From an uncultured delta proteobacterium (GTDB lineage: Bacteria; Desulfobacterota; Desulfuromonadia; Desulfuromonadales; BM103): a DNA stretch of 64,000 nt. Positions 38,829 to 49,604 of this stretch are shown here, in pieces. The stretch is from contig CAVQRZ010000023.1 in the NCBI GenBank assembly GCA_963715335.1, positions 119,541 to 183,540 on the forward strand, given 5' to 3'. A model generated the notes under the pieces. The model saw only the letters and a list, made by a program, of their open reading frames with translations. It was not told where the DNA came from and did not search any database. A program made the translations under genes and the position numbers. Numbering within the stretch: the stretch's first letter is position 1; each line of letters starts with the position of its first letter.

Positions 38829-39845
38829 TCAGGTTACACCAACCATATCCAGAGGCCAACTCGAAATGGCGTTCACCTTGTCATCTGCATGTTGTCCATT
38901 TTCCAGGTAGTAATCTGCCGGGACACCAAGCATGGCGGCATTGTCCCCGCAAAGCGATGGGCTCGGGAAATAAATCCGGACGCTTTGCTTCTCGGCCAAT
39001 TCGTGGAATCGCAACCGCAGGCCCGAGTTGCAGGCGACTCCACCGGCAACCACAATCCGTTCCAGCCCTTCCTGTGCCGCGGCACGCAGGGTTTTGCGGG
39101 TCAAAACTTCGACCACCGCCTCCTGGAAACTGGCGGCGATATCAGCCAGGTGCCGGTCATCGATCTGTTTGCCGGCACTTTCGATATACTGCAAGACCGC
39201 GGTTTTGATGCCGCTGAAGCTGAAATCAAAGTTCGGCTTGTGCAGCATGGGGCGCGGAAAGGCAATCGCGGCCGGGTTGCCCTGCCCGGCCAGCTTATCA
39301 ATCAGTGCCCCGCCAGGGTAGCCCAGACCGAGCAGTTTGGCCACCTTGTCGTAAGCCTCCCCAGCGGCATCGTCCAGGGTCTGGCCTATGATCCGGTAAT
39401 GACCAATACCGTCAACCCGGTAAAGGTGGGTATGCCCGCCGGAGACCGCCAGGGCCAGGAAAGGAAACTCAGGCGGGTCCTCGAGGAAAGGGGCCAGGAT
39501 ATGCCCCTCCATGTGGTGCACGGCGGCCAGTGGGATATCGAGCGCCCAGGCCAGGGACTTGGCAGTAGAAAGCCCGACCAGCAGGGCTCCGACCAGGCCA
39601 GGTCCGCGGGTAACCCCGATGCCTTCAATTGCATTGAGGGTTACTCCGGCCTTTTCCAAAGCGGCATTGACCACCACCGAGACGGCTTCGACGTGCTTGC
39701 GTGATGCGAGCTCCGGGACGACGCCACCATACCGGGCGTGGACATCCACTTGCGATGCGACGATATTCGAAAGCACGCTGCGGCCATCGCGAATGACTGC
39801 CGCCGCGGTTTCATCACAGGATGATTCGATACATAAAGTCAGCAT
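38829..39845 (-). CDS. tsaD: t6A synthase subunit TsaD
   Basis: IESSCDET, GGVVPELASRKH, HHMEGH, VSGGHT, DDAAGEAYDK. Confidence 0.97.
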   Translation of the reverse strand: MLTLCIESSCDETAAAVIRDGRSVLSNIVASQVDVHARYGGVVPELASRKHVEAVSVVVNAALEKAGVTLNAIEGIGVTRGPGLVGALLVGLSTAKSLAWALDIPLAAVHHMEGHILAPFLEDPPEFPFLALAVSGGHTHLYRVDGIGHYRIIGQTLDDAAGEAYDKVAKLLGLGYPGGALIDKLAGQGNPAAIAFPRPMLHKPNFDFSFSGIKTAVLQYIESAGKQIDDRHLADIAASFQEAVVEVLTRKTLRAAAQEGLERIVVAGGVACNSGLRLRFHELAEKQSVRIYFPSPSLCGDNAAMLGVPADYYLENGQHADDKVNAISSWPLDMVGVT

Positions 39846-39850
39846 TGCAA

Positions 39851-39919
39851 TCGGGGGTCGGGGGCTGGGGGCTGGGGGTCGGCAAAAGACTTTCTAGTCC
39901 CCAGCCCCCAGCCTCCGCC
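39851..39919. repeat. Heptamer (CTGGGGG/CCCCCAG) inverted repeat between PIN-PhoH and tsaD
   Basis: tcggggg tcggggg ctggggg ctggggg tcgg ... ctagtcc ccagccc ccagcct ccg. Confidence 0.85.
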
Positions 39920-41236
39920 TCAAAGGAGGTTGGCGGCCAATTCGGCCAGACAGGAGCGCTCGCCTTTGGTCAGGGTCACATGGCCGGCAATTTGCTCGCC
40001 TTTGAACTTATCTACGACGTAGGTCAGGCCGTTGCTGGCAGAATCAATATAAGGGTTGTCGATCTGGTACGGATCCCCCGTGAGGATGATCTTCGTGCCT
40101 TCACCGGCACGGGTGACAATCGTCTTGATTTCATGTGGCGTCAGGTTCTGGGCTTCGTCGACGATCATGTACTGTTTCGGAATGGAGCGGCCGCGGATAT
40201 AGGTTAAAGCCTCGATTTCGAGCAGGCCGAGGTCAACCAGTTCCTTGTAGCCGCGCTTGCGCTTGCTCCCCTCTTCTACAGCACCGAGGAGCAGCTCGAC
40301 ATTATCGAAGATCGGCTGCATCCAGGGAGACAGTTTTTCTTCGAGGTCTCCAGGCAGAAAGCCGAGGTCGCGGCCGAGCGGAAAGACCGGACGGGAGACC
40401 AGCAGGCGGCTGTAGCTGCCTTCATCGGCTGATTTGCTCAAACCGGCAGCAATCGCCAGCAGCGTTTTCCCGGTCCCGGCCTTGCCGACCAGGGTCACGA
40501 GCTGAATGTCTTCATTGAGGAGCAGATCAAAGGCAAACTGCTGCTCGCGATTCCGCGGGTGGATTCCCCACAGGCCTTCCTTGGGTGCCCGCACCAGTGA
40601 TTCAGCCTGGCTCAGGGCCCGGTTGAATCGCGCCAGGGCCGTGTGAGACGGGTTGGCAGCATCCATCAGGGTCAGGCACTGGTTGGCCAGGAACTCCTCT
40701 TCCAGGGGAAGGAAGCCCTGGCTGTAAAAGAGATCGATATCATCGCGGGAGAGCAGTACTTCGGCGGTCCCGGAATAAAGTTCATCCAGAGAGACCTTGT
40801 CTGACTCGTAATCCTGGGCATTCAGGCCGATAACATCGGCCTTGATGCGCAGGTTCGTGTCCTTGGTGACTAAAATCACCGACTCATCGGAACGGCTCCT
40901 GATATCCAGGGCGACCGCAAGGATGCGATTGTCACCACGGTCTGAACGCAGTTCGGGCGGCAGTTTTTTCATTTGCTCTTCGGTATACAGGTCAACCCGC
41001 AAATGACCACCGTTTTCCAGTTCTATGCCATCGACCAGTTTTGCCTTGGCGCGCAGGCCATCCATGATGCGGGAGAACTGACGGGCGTTCCGGCCCGTCT
41101 CGCTCAGTTCTTTCTTGAACCGGTCGATTTCCTCGACCACTGTCATGGGGATGACCAGGTTGTTATCGACGAAACGGAACAGGGCCTGGGGATCGTGCAG
41201 CAGAACGTTGGTGTCGAGAACGAAGGTTTTCTTCAT
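39920..41236 (-). CDS. PIN-PhoH (PhoH2/YlaK-like) protein
   Basis: FVLDTNVLLHDP PIN domain; GKAGTGKT, YIRGRS, DEAQN, GDPYQID. Confidence 0.92.
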   Translation of the reverse strand: MKKTFVLDTNVLLHDPQALFRFVDNNLVIPMTVVEEIDRFKKELSETGRNARQFSRIMDGLRAKAKLVDGIELENGGHLRVDLYTEEQMKKLPPELRSDRGDNRILAVALDIRSRSDESVILVTKDTNLRIKADVIGLNAQDYESDKVSLDELYSGTAEVLLSRDDIDLFYSQGFLPLEEEFLANQCLTLMDAANPSHTALARFNRALSQAESLVRAPKEGLWGIHPRNREQQFAFDLLLNEDIQLVTLVGKAGTGKTLLAIAAGLSKSADEGSYSRLLVSRPVFPLGRDLGFLPGDLEEKLSPWMQPIFDNVELLLGAVEEGSKRKRGYKELVDLGLLEIEALTYIRGRSIPKQYMIVDEAQNLTPHEIKTIVTRAGEGTKIILTGDPYQIDNPYIDSASNGLTYVVDKFKGEQIAGHVTLTKGERSCLAELAANLL

Positions 41237-41343
41237 TATCGTCGACTTTCTCGGGCTAAAGGTTAGTGATCGCAGTCCGGCAACAAGCTGTCGAACCGTG
41301 CTTCTTCATAGCGGCGGCACGATCCGGAGATCAAGGGTTTCTG

Positions 41344-42492
41344 CTAGTTTTCTGTCGCAATGATTTCGCGCAGAGCTGCCAGGGTTTTCTCGATATCTGC
41401 CATAGTATTAAAATACCCCGGGCTGAGCCGTACGGTCCCTTCCGGAAGCGTCCCGATGCTGGCATGGGCCTCCGGTGCACAGTGCAAACCGGTTCGACAA
41501 CAGATACCATATTCACGGTCCAAGCGGAAGCCCAGCATTGATGGATCGACATTTTTAATATTGAGCGACAAGGCACCACCGTGCCGCTCCGATCCAAGCG
41601 GGCCATAGAGTGTCACAGCATCAATTCCCCGCAGGCCCTCGATCAAGGTGTCAAGAAGTTCCTGTTCATGTGCGCGAACATGTTCGAGTCCTACCGACTC
41701 GAGAAATTCCAGCCCGGCCTTCAGCCCCGCCAGTCCGACGGTATTCAGGGTGCCGCTCTCCAGGCGCTCCGGCATCTCTTCCGGCTGGCTTGTCGACTGT
41801 GAGAAATTGCCGGTTCCGCCATACAGCAGTGGCCGCAAGACGAGATCGGGATGGACAAACAGGAAGCCCGTGCCGGTGGGCCCGAGCAGTGACTTGTGGC
41901 CGGGGACGGCGAGCAGATCAATCGCCATATTCTTGGCGTCAATTGTGAAGACCCCGGCACTCTGGGCAGCATCGACCATGAACAGGATGCCCTGTTCACG
42001 ACACCACGGGCCGATCTCCTCAATCGGTTGGAGGGTGCCGGTCACATTCGAACAATGGTTCATCACCAGCATGCGCGTACCGGGCAGGCATGCTTTTCTG
42101 ATCGCAGCAGGGTCAATTCGTCCGTCGGAATCGGCCTTGACCCGGACAACATTTACCCCCCTGTCACTGAGCGCCTGCAAAGGGCGAACGACGGCATTAT
42201 GCTCCATCGAAGTTGTCACGACCCGGTCACCGGGGCTGAGAGAACCGAACAGGCCGAGGTTGATCGCCTCCGTGGCATTCGCGGTAAACGCGATCCGGCT
42301 CGCATCGTCAATATTGAAGAACCGTGCCACAGTCTCGCGGCATTCCATGACCATGCGCCCGGCCTGCAGCGAGAGCTGATGACCGCCACGCCCGGGATTG
42401 GCAGCATTCAGCCGCAGAGCCGCTTCAACGGCTGATATGACCCCGGCAGGTTTCGGAAATGATGTGGCAGCGTTATCGAGGTAGATTGGCAT
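41344..42492 (-). CDS. Cysteine desulfurase family (class V aminotransferase)
   Basis: IYLDNAATSFPKP, MEHNAVVRP, PGHKSLLGP, RTGLHCAP. Confidence 0.9.
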   Translation of the reverse strand: MPIYLDNAATSFPKPAGVISAVEAALRLNAANPGRGGHQLSLQAGRMVMECRETVARFFNIDDASRIAFTANATEAINLGLFGSLSPGDRVVTTSMEHNAVVRPLQALSDRGVNVVRVKADSDGRIDPAAIRKACLPGTRMLVMNHCSNVTGTLQPIEEIGPWCREQGILFMVDAAQSAGVFTIDAKNMAIDLLAVPGHKSLLGPTGTGFLFVHPDLVLRPLLYGGTGNFSQSTSQPEEMPERLESGTLNTVGLAGLKAGLEFLESVGLEHVRAHEQELLDTLIEGLRGIDAVTLYGPLGSERHGGALSLNIKNVDPSMLGFRLDREYGICCRTGLHCAPEAHASIGTLPEGTVRLSPGYFNTMADIEKTLAALREIIATEN

Positions 42493-42517
42493 GTCAGGTT
42501 TCGTTGCAAAGCATCTG

Positions 42518-42691
42518 TCATCGGCTGTTGGCATAGACTTTGTTCTTCTCCTTGCCCTTGGCCTTGGACATCAGTTCATCGACTATCTTCAGCAGGGATT
42601 TCGTATTAACGCCATCATCAGGCAGGGCAGCAACACCAACGCTGACTGTCACCCCGTGGGTCTTGGTTGTCCGGATCAAATAGTACTCCAT
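42518..42691 (-). pseudogene. C-terminal fragment of a GGDEF (diguanylate cyclase) domain
   Basis: 57-aa ORF MEYYLIRTTKTHGVTVSVGVAALPDDGVNTKSLLKIVDELMSKAKGKEKNKVYANSR resembles the VTxSxGVA...D..AK..KN tail; no GGDEF motif. Confidence 0.6.
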
Positions 42692-42802
42692 GATACTTGT
42701 CCCGGCAAAATTTCACAAGTGACATGGATTAGCCAACCGGCTGAGATTATAAGGCCGCCACATGGCATGAATCGACATTTCCAGTGTGCATGTTTTGCAG
42801 GG

Positions 42803-42854
42803 TTGACACACGACATCTTGTGGTTTAATTTTCGATCAACTCAATATAGTGGCC
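42803..42854 (+). promoter_or_regulatory. nrdJ promoter with two NrdR boxes
   Basis: TTGACA-N17-TAATTT; ACACGACATCTTGTGG (42808) and ACTCAATATAGTGGCC (42839), 31 bp apart. Confidence 0.7.
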
Positions 42855-42904
42855 CTTGGTTACTAATCAAATAAAATGCATTTCCATTGCAGGAAGGCCA
42901 ACCC

Positions 42905-45127
42905 ATGTCGAAAGAGGCGCAAAACACCACTCCATTGCTGTCTCACAATGCTCAGACTGTCCTTGAACGCCGCTATCTGCGTCGCAATCAGGAAGGTGAG
43001 GTCCTGGAAACGCCCCTGGACATGTTCACGAGGGTTGCCGAGACCATTGCCTCGGCCGAAAAGGACTTCCGGACGGGACGGGTTCCTGCAGAACTCTCGA
43101 AAGAATTTCTGCAGGCAATGATCAATCTCGAGTTCATGCCAAACTCCCCCACGTTGATGAACGCCGGTCGCGAACTCGGTCAACTCTCCGCCTGTTTCGT
43201 GCTCCCGGTAGCTGATTCCATGGAGGAGATCTTCGAATCGATCAAGAACACCGCTCTGATTCACAAAAGCGGTGGTGGTACCGGTTTTTCTTTCAGCCGC
43301 ATCCGGCCGGCCAATGACGTGGTCTTGTCGACCAAAGGCGTTTCCTCTGGCCCCCTCTCCTTCATGAACGTTTTCGACGCGGCAACCGAGACGATCAAGC
43401 AGGGCGGCACCCGGCGTGGCGCCAACATGGGAATCCTGCGGGTTGACCATCCCGACATCATGGATTTCATCATGTGCAAGCGGGACCAGACCGTTCTGAC
43501 CAACTTCAATATCTCGGTCGGTATGACTGAAGCCTTTATGGAGGCGGTTGAAAAGGATGCCGACTATGACATTATCAACCCGCGTACCGGGGGAGTCGTT
43601 GGCCAGCGCTCGGCACGCAAGGTGTTTGACCGGATTATCGATCTTGCCTGGACCAACGGCGAGCCCGGCATCATCTTCCTCGACCGCCTTAATCGCGACA
43701 ATCCGACCCCCCTGGTTGGTGAAATCGAGGCGACCAATCCCTGCGGCGAACAACCGCTGCTCCCCTACGAATCCTGCAATCTCGGCTCCATCAACCTGGC
43801 CAGGATGGTTAACGAAGAGGGGCAGTTAAACTGGGATCGCCTGGCCGAAGTCGTTGAACTGGGCACCCGCTTTCTCGACAACGTCATCGAGGTCAACAAT
43901 TACCCGATTGAGGAAATCGGTGTAATGACCCGGGCCAACCGCAAGATCGGTCTCGGCGTCATGGGCTGGGCTGACATGCTGATTCTGCTCGGCATCCCAT
44001 ACAACAGTGAAGCAGCCGTTGAACTCGGCGACCGGGTCATGCGATTCATCACCGACAAGTCACGCATGATGTCTCAACTTCTGGCCAGGGAACGCGGGCC
44101 CTTCCCGAACTTTGAGGGGAGTATCTTTGACGGCGGCGAACCGCTCCGCAACGCCACCTGTACCACGATAGCTCCGACCGGGACGATTTCCATTATCTGC
44201 AACGCCTCGAGCGGCATCGAACCGCTGTTTGCCGTTTCCTATGTGCGCCAGGTGCTCGACAATGATGTGCTGGTCGAGGTCCACCCGCTCTTTGAAAAGA
44301 TCGCCGTGGCGCGTGGCTTCTACTCCAAGGAGTTGATGAAGAAAATTGCCGAACAGGGCACGATCCAGGCGATGGCGGAGATTCCTGAAGATATCCGCAA
44401 GATTTTCGTCACCTCGCACGACATCACTCCCGAAGACCATATCCGCATGCAGGCGGCCTTCCAGAATCACACGGACAATGCGGTCTCCAAAACAGTCAAC
44501 TTCTGCAATACCGCCACCCGTGACGACGTTGCTACGGTCTACCGTCTCGCTTACCAGAGCGGCTGCAAGGGCGTCACCATCTACCGGGACGGCTCACGAG
44601 ACAAACAGGTCCTCTCGGTCAAGAAGGACAACACCAAGCCCGAGGACACCGTGCCGCACGAGTCCGCGAAGAAGCGCATCAAACGCGACCGGCCGCGCGC
44701 GCTGACCGGCAGGACCTACCAGATGCAGACCGGCTGCGGCCCGCTTTACGTCACCATCAACGAAGACGAAGCCGGGGTCTTTGAGCTCTTCACAACCATG
44801 GGCAAGGCTGGAGGTTGTGCCTCATCTCAATGCGAAGCAATCGGCCGCCTGGTTTCACTAGCCTGGCGCTCCGGGATTCAGGCCCGTCAGGCTGTCAAGC
44901 AGATGATCGGCATTACATGTCACAAACCGGCCGGCTTCGGTGATAACCGGATCACCTCATGTGCCGACGCGGTCGCCAAGGCAATTCAGATGCACATGGC
45001 CGACCACGAGGAAGTCACCCTGTCACATGCCAACAACGGCGGCGCATGCCCTGATTGCGGGGGCCCGGTCGAACACGAAGGCGGCTGTTGCGTCTGTCAT
45101 GTCTGTGGTTTTTCGGAGTGTGCCTGA
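42905..45127 (+). CDS. nrdJ: Class II (B12-dependent) ribonucleotide reductase with C-terminal TSCPD/Zn-ribbon
   Basis: PNSPTLMNAG, QGGTRRGANM, TNPCGEQPL, TIAPTGTIS, ITSCADA, CPDC...CHVCGFSEC. Confidence 0.95.
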   Translation: MSKEAQNTTPLLSHNAQTVLERRYLRRNQEGEVLETPLDMFTRVAETIASAEKDFRTGRVPAELSKEFLQAMINLEFMPNSPTLMNAGRELGQLSACFVLPVADSMEEIFESIKNTALIHKSGGGTGFSFSRIRPANDVVLSTKGVSSGPLSFMNVFDAATETIKQGGTRRGANMGILRVDHPDIMDFIMCKRDQTVLTNFNISVGMTEAFMEAVEKDADYDIINPRTGGVVGQRSARKVFDRIIDLAWTNGEPGIIFLDRLNRDNPTPLVGEIEATNPCGEQPLLPYESCNLGSINLARMVNEEGQLNWDRLAEVVELGTRFLDNVIEVNNYPIEEIGVMTRANRKIGLGVMGWADMLILLGIPYNSEAAVELGDRVMRFITDKSRMMSQLLARERGPFPNFEGSIFDGGEPLRNATCTTIAPTGTISIICNASSGIEPLFAVSYVRQVLDNDVLVEVHPLFEKIAVARGFYSKELMKKIAEQGTIQAMAEIPEDIRKIFVTSHDITPEDHIRMQAAFQNHTDNAVSKTVNFCNTATRDDVATVYRLAYQSGCKGVTIYRDGSRDKQVLSVKKDNTKPEDTVPHESAKKRIKRDRPRALTGRTYQMQTGCGPLYVTINEDEAGVFELFTTMGKAGGCASSQCEAIGRLVSLAWRSGIQARQAVKQMIGITCHKPAGFGDNRITSCADAVAKAIQMHMADHEEVTLSHANNGGACPDCGGPVEHEGGCCVCHVCGFSECA

Positions 45128-45215
45128 GCGGTGTAAGACTTTTTACCGGAAAACAGATCGCCAACCTGTTGTCCTTTGTTATCTTTGGACGAAAAAGACA
45201 TTTTTAAACTTGGAT

Positions 45216-45634
45216 CAAAACCGGCGGGTCGCGTCCCGCCCGACGCCTTACTTTTGTCCATGCGGCGACAAAAGTAAGCAAAAGCGCCTTTCTCCTTGCG
45301 GAGGGCATCTCCTCTGCCGGATGTCTGTGACGTCAAAAACCTTTACTGATGGGGATCCGGCCCTGTGTCAAAGGGCCTGACCTTGCCGTGTGACTTACAG
45401 GGGAAAAGCATAAAAACATCACAACCGATACAACTCTCTACAAATGGAGAGGCTCTCAAGAGCCTCGGCTCCTGCGGGGGAAGCGTAGGCTCTTGATCGT
45501 TTAGAACGATCCGGATTGAGGTCGCCGCCATTCCGAGCCAGACATGCCCAGCGCAGCGCAGGCCCTTTTCTGCTTACTCTTTTGGGCCAGCAAAAGAGTA
45601 AGGCGCGGTCGGGGGGCGCGACCCCCGGGTTCTG
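45216..45634 (-). repeat. ~415-bp dispersed structured repeat, copy 2 (inverted relative to copy 1)
   Basis: Shared blocks such as GGCAGAGGAGATGCCCTCCGCAAGGAGAAAGGC and CCTTACTCTTTTGCTGGCCCAAAAGAGTAAGCAGAAAA with 22484..22897. Confidence 0.9.
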
Positions 45635-45810
45635 ATTAATAAACCAAGAATCAATGCCGGCAGTTCGCTTAGTGCCGAAAAGACTTCATAACTATTCACA
45701 TCATTTCGACTCCTCTGAAAGCGCAAATCACTTCCCCATCCACGCAAAGTCTGATAAAAAAGTCTCGCATCTCTCGATCAGGTAAATCGACATATTTCAA
45801 GGAGTCAACA

Positions 45811-46650
45811 ATGTTCACTGCCAAAGCCTGGCGTCTTCAGCCGCTTGTACTGATCATCATTCTGCTTGTCGCCCTACCGACTCTCACGACAGCGGCCAGC
45901 TTGGGAGACCTGTTTGGCAAACAAGAGGTTGATGAAGCTGAGCGTGAAGAGACTATTGAGCGCATCCAGAGCATCCAGGAGAAGCTCCAGCTCCTGCAGG
46001 ATAAGCTGCGTGCTCTCGAACGCCGCAAGGCGGCGAAAGAAGCAGCCTTGAAGGCAGAAGAGGTAAAAGGTGTCATCTCCGCGACCCCGGTTCAGGTCAA
46101 CTGGATACCGGTTGATCAGACCACGACGAATCCGGGCGAATTCGGGTTGTACACCTATCTGCTTTTCAATGGGGAGATCTCGAACAGCGACGCGATCGGC
46201 GCGCTTGAGGACTTCATTCTGACGATTGAAACCCTGCCGGAAAATGACATCCCGCCTGTCCTTGCCAACCGTTTTCTGGTGCCGGTGGAAGCACCGCAGT
46301 CGCTGGTCAGCCTGGGGCGCCAGCCATACGACTTCGAACTGAACGATACCTATCTCAAACGCCTGGGGATTCACGGAGACCTGCCGATCGGTCCGATCCT
46401 CGTCTCAATGAGACAGCCGATTGACCCCTACTCTGCAGACGATATCCCACCCTACCTTGCGGTCAGTCTCGGTCGCCAGACTCCTGAGAGATCCGCAGAA
46501 CTCGCCCGGACCTGGAACCAACAGGAGAAAAATGCCGTCACCAGCGCAGAGCATCCGGTCACTGAGCTCTTCTGGCAAGTGATTGACGGTGCCGGGCCAA
46601 CGCAGGTCCAGCGTAGCCAGCAGCGGATTACCGTTGCGCTACCAAACTGA
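45811..46650 (+). CDS. Hypothetical exported protein with coiled coil
   Basis: RBS AAGGAG; signal peptide; heptad segment IERIQSIQEKLQLLQDKLRALERRK; family not recognised. Confidence 0.75.
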   Translation: MFTAKAWRLQPLVLIIILLVALPTLTTAASLGDLFGKQEVDEAEREETIERIQSIQEKLQLLQDKLRALERRKAAKEAALKAEEVKGVISATPVQVNWIPVDQTTTNPGEFGLYTYLLFNGEISNSDAIGALEDFILTIETLPENDIPPVLANRFLVPVEAPQSLVSLGRQPYDFELNDTYLKRLGIHGDLPIGPILVSMRQPIDPYSADDIPPYLAVSLGRQTPERSAELARTWNQQEKNAVTSAEHPVTELFWQVIDGAGPTQVQRSQQRITVALPN

Positions 46651-46904
46651 TGAACGACTGGGAAGACATCTGCCTGCGCTGCGGCCTCTGCTGTTTCGAA
46701 AAATCCGTCGACAGGAAGGGGCGCTTTGTGACGACCAGGATTTCCTGTCGCCACCTGGACGTTATCAGCCGGGAGTGCCGGGTTTACCATAAACGCCTGG
46801 AGGTCGGTGAAGGCTGCGTCAAGTTGACGCCGGAAGTTGTTCAACAGGTTGACTGGCTGCCCGTGGGTTGCGCATACCGGACTCCTCCGGAACCCGAGGC
46901 GTGA
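46650..46904 (+). CDS. YcgN/YkgJ-like cysteine-cluster protein
   Basis: WEDICLRCGLCC, CRHLD...CRVY..R...CVKLT...WLPVGCAY; TGATG coupling. Confidence 0.85.
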   Translation: MNDWEDICLRCGLCCFEKSVDRKGRFVTTRISCRHLDVISRECRVYHKRLEVGEGCVKLTPEVVQQVDWLPVGCAYRTPPEPEA

Positions 46905-46923
46905 AACGAGGAATGCAAAAAAC

Positions 46924-48211
46924 TTGAATCAAAGCATCAATGACAGAGCGCAGTTCGGCTGGTGCCTTTACGACTGGGCCAACTCGGCTTTTGCCACGGT
47001 CGTGCTGGCGGCTGTACTGCCAGTCTACTTTGCCAGCCTGGTCCCGGCTCAGGGGGCGGATGTTTTCTGGAGCTCCACCCCGGTCGCCGCAACAGCCCTC
47101 TGGGGCTACATTGTTTCACTCTCGATGGCCTTCGTGGCAATTACCGCACCCGGCCTTGGCAACCTTGCCGACCGCCGGGGCTGGCGACGGCGACTCCTGA
47201 TCATATTCTGCTTATTGGGATCGTTTGCCACCTGCGGGCTCTTTTTCGCCGGCCCCGGCCGCTATCTTCTGGCCGCGGTTCTGTTCATTCTCGGCAATAT
47301 CGGTTTCGCCTCGGGCAACATTTTCTACAACGCTTACCTGCCCGACCTGGCACAGGGACACGAAGCCGACCGGCTCTCGGCGCGCGGCTTTGCCCTGGGT
47401 TACATCGGCGGCGGACTGATGCTGCTAATCGTGTTCCTGCTGATCCAGAAACACGCGATATTCGGCCTCCCCGATAAAGGCATGGCCACCCGCCTCGGTT
47501 TCCTGCTGACCGGAGCCTGGTGGCTCGGGTTCGCCCTGCCCGCATTTACCCGACTCAAAGGTGTTGCCGTCTCTGCCGGCGCCATGCATACGCTGCGCAC
47601 CCCTCGCGATTATCTCAGAGCCTTTGCCAACCTGCGCCAATATCGCCACCTTGGCCGCTTCCTGATCGCTTTCCTGCTCTACAACGACGGGATCCAGACG
47701 ATCATCGCGGTATCCGCAATTTTTGCGAGTGAGGAATTAGGCCTGGGCACCGGCACGATCCTCGGCTGTTTCCTGATGATCCAGTTCGTCGCGATGCCTG
47801 GTGCGTTACTCTTTTCACGCCTGGCCGGACGCTTCAACACCAAGCGGGCGATTTTGGCAAGCCTGTTGTTTTTTACCGCAATAACCGTCTACGCTTCGAT
47901 CATGCGCAACGCCATCGAATTCTGGATTCTCGGCTTCGCGGTCGCCATCGTCCTTGGCGGCAGCCAGGCCCTTGAGCCGCTCGCTTTTCTCCAGCATGGT
48001 GCCGAAAACACGCAGTGCCGAGTTTTTCGGCTTCTATGCGATCAGCTCGAAGTTCGCTTCGATCTTTGGCCCGCTCACCTTCGCCCTGTTCATAGACATG
48101 ACCGGATCGAACCGCCTGGCCATTCTGGCCCTGGTGCTCTTTTTCGTCCTGGGGATCGTGCTGTTACTGGGCGTGGATACAGAGGAAGGCCGGCGGCAGG
48201 CTGAAAGTTGA
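46924..48211 (+). CDS. MFS transporter, UMF1/Atg22-like (frameshift near 47970)
   Basis: WCLYDWANSAF, NIFYNAYLP, YNDGIQT; C-terminus LSRSLFSSMVP...EFFGFY in ORF 47954..48211; start uncertain. Confidence 0.88.
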
Positions 48212-48251
48212 CCACTGACGCCAGACTGACCGTATCCTGAAGACGATAGCA

Positions 48252-49604
48252 ATGGCATCTTCACTCACATCGCCCTATCAGATTGCCAACGTACGGCTGT
48301 TCATCCTGTTCCGGGTGCTGTTCAACGCGCGCTTTTACTACCCGGTATTTTCCATCCTATTTCTCGATTTCGGCCTGACCCTTTCGCAATTTGCCATTTT
48401 GAATGCAGTCTGGGCGGCCACCATTGTCATCTGCGAAGTTCCTTCCGGAGCCCTTGCCGACACCATTGGTCGCCGCAACCTGCTGGTCTTTGCCGGTGCC
48501 CTGATGGTCATTGAAATCGCCCTCTGGGCATTCGTGCCGCGTGATGACCTCAATCTGCTGTTCTGGATATTTGTCCTCAATCGGATCCTGAGCGGCATGG
48601 CGGAGGCAGCGGCCAGCGGCGCCGATGAGGCCCTTGCCTATGACAGCTTGAAACAAGCAGGAGATATCGGCCAGTGGGGGCAGGTTCTGGAACGCCAGAT
48701 ACAGGTCCAGTCGGCCGGATTTGTTGTGGCGATGACTTTGGGTGGAGTAATCTACGATCCGACATTGCTGCAAAAACTCGCGGATTTTTTTGATATAGGC
48801 ATGGTCGTCACCCGTGACTCGACCTTGCGGCTGCCGATCTACCTGACCCTGGCAACGGCGATCCTTACCCTGCTGACAACCTTGAAAATGCGCGAAGTGC
48901 CGACCGACAACGGCACCGCAAACCGCGAGGGCGAAAGTCTTGCCGCCGCCTTGCAACTGGTCTGGCGGGCTGGCCGCTGGATCTTCCGGACCCCTTACGT
49001 ACTGGGGTTGATCCTGTTTGGCCTGCTCTATGACAGTGTCACCCGCATGCTGCTGACCATGGCCAGCCAGTACTACCGGGTCATCGGGGTACCGGAGGCG
49101 CTATTCGGTGTTCTCGGCTCGACACTGGCGCTGTTGGGATTCGTCATGCCGGGCATAGCCAGAAGGTTGAGCGCGAAACGTTCGCCGGTCTTCAACCTGC
49201 TTTTCAGTGCGACTTTGATCATGCTCGGCCTGGTCGGCATGACCTTTGCCTGGCCCTGGGTCGGCATCATTCCGGCGCTACTGCTGTTCAGCAACATGTT
49301 CCTGATCGGCTTTTTCCTCAGTTATTATCTGAACCAGGTCACGAGTTCCGAGCAACGCGCCACAGTCCTCAGTTTCAAGGGGCTGTTTCTCAACCTTGGC
49401 TACGGCTTGATCGGCAGCTTCTATGCACTGTTATTGGCTTTTTTGCGAGGCAGGACAGCCGAATCGGCGCCGGAACTGGCAGAGGGTGCGATCAAAAACC
49501 TGGTTTTTATCGATTCCCTGCCCTGGTTTTGCGGTTATTTCAGCCTCTGCCTGCTGCTGCTTCTGCTCTTCTTCTCCCGCAGCCTGCGGCGTCAACTCAA
49601 ATAA
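48252..49604 (+). CDS. MFS transporter
   Basis: NARFYYP, EVPSGALADTIGRR, SGADEALAYDSL, QRATVLSF. Confidence 0.88.
   Translation: MASSLTSPYQIANVRLFILFRVLFNARFYYPVFSILFLDFGLTLSQFAILNAVWAATIVICEVPSGALADTIGRRNLLVFAGALMVIEIALWAFVPRDDLNLLFWIFVLNRILSGMAEAAASGADEALAYDSLKQAGDIGQWGQVLERQIQVQSAGFVVAMTLGGVIYDPTLLQKLADFFDIGMVVTRDSTLRLPIYLTLATAILTLLTTLKMREVPTDNGTANREGESLAAALQLVWRAGRWIFRTPYVLGLILFGLLYDSVTRMLLTMASQYYRVIGVPEALFGVLGSTLALLGFVMPGIARRLSAKRSPVFNLLFSATLIMLGLVGMTFAWPWVGIIPALLLFSNMFLIGFFLSYYLNQVTSSEQRATVLSFKGLFLNLGYGLIGSFYALLLAFLRGRTAESAPELAEGAIKNLVFIDSLPWFCGYFSLCLLLLLLFFSRSLRRQLK

Noticed and set aside
39920..41236. PIN domain as a toxin-antitoxin toxin
   Set aside because: Standard PIN-PhoH fusion with no adjacent antitoxin ORF.
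32988..43753. Long antisense ORFs (e.g. 32988..33980, 38889..39704, 42863..43753)
   Set aside because: Shadows of high-GC codon bias opposite well-supported genes.
42905..45127. Intein or intron in nrdJ
   Set aside because: Continuous ORF of ordinary length with no intein motifs.
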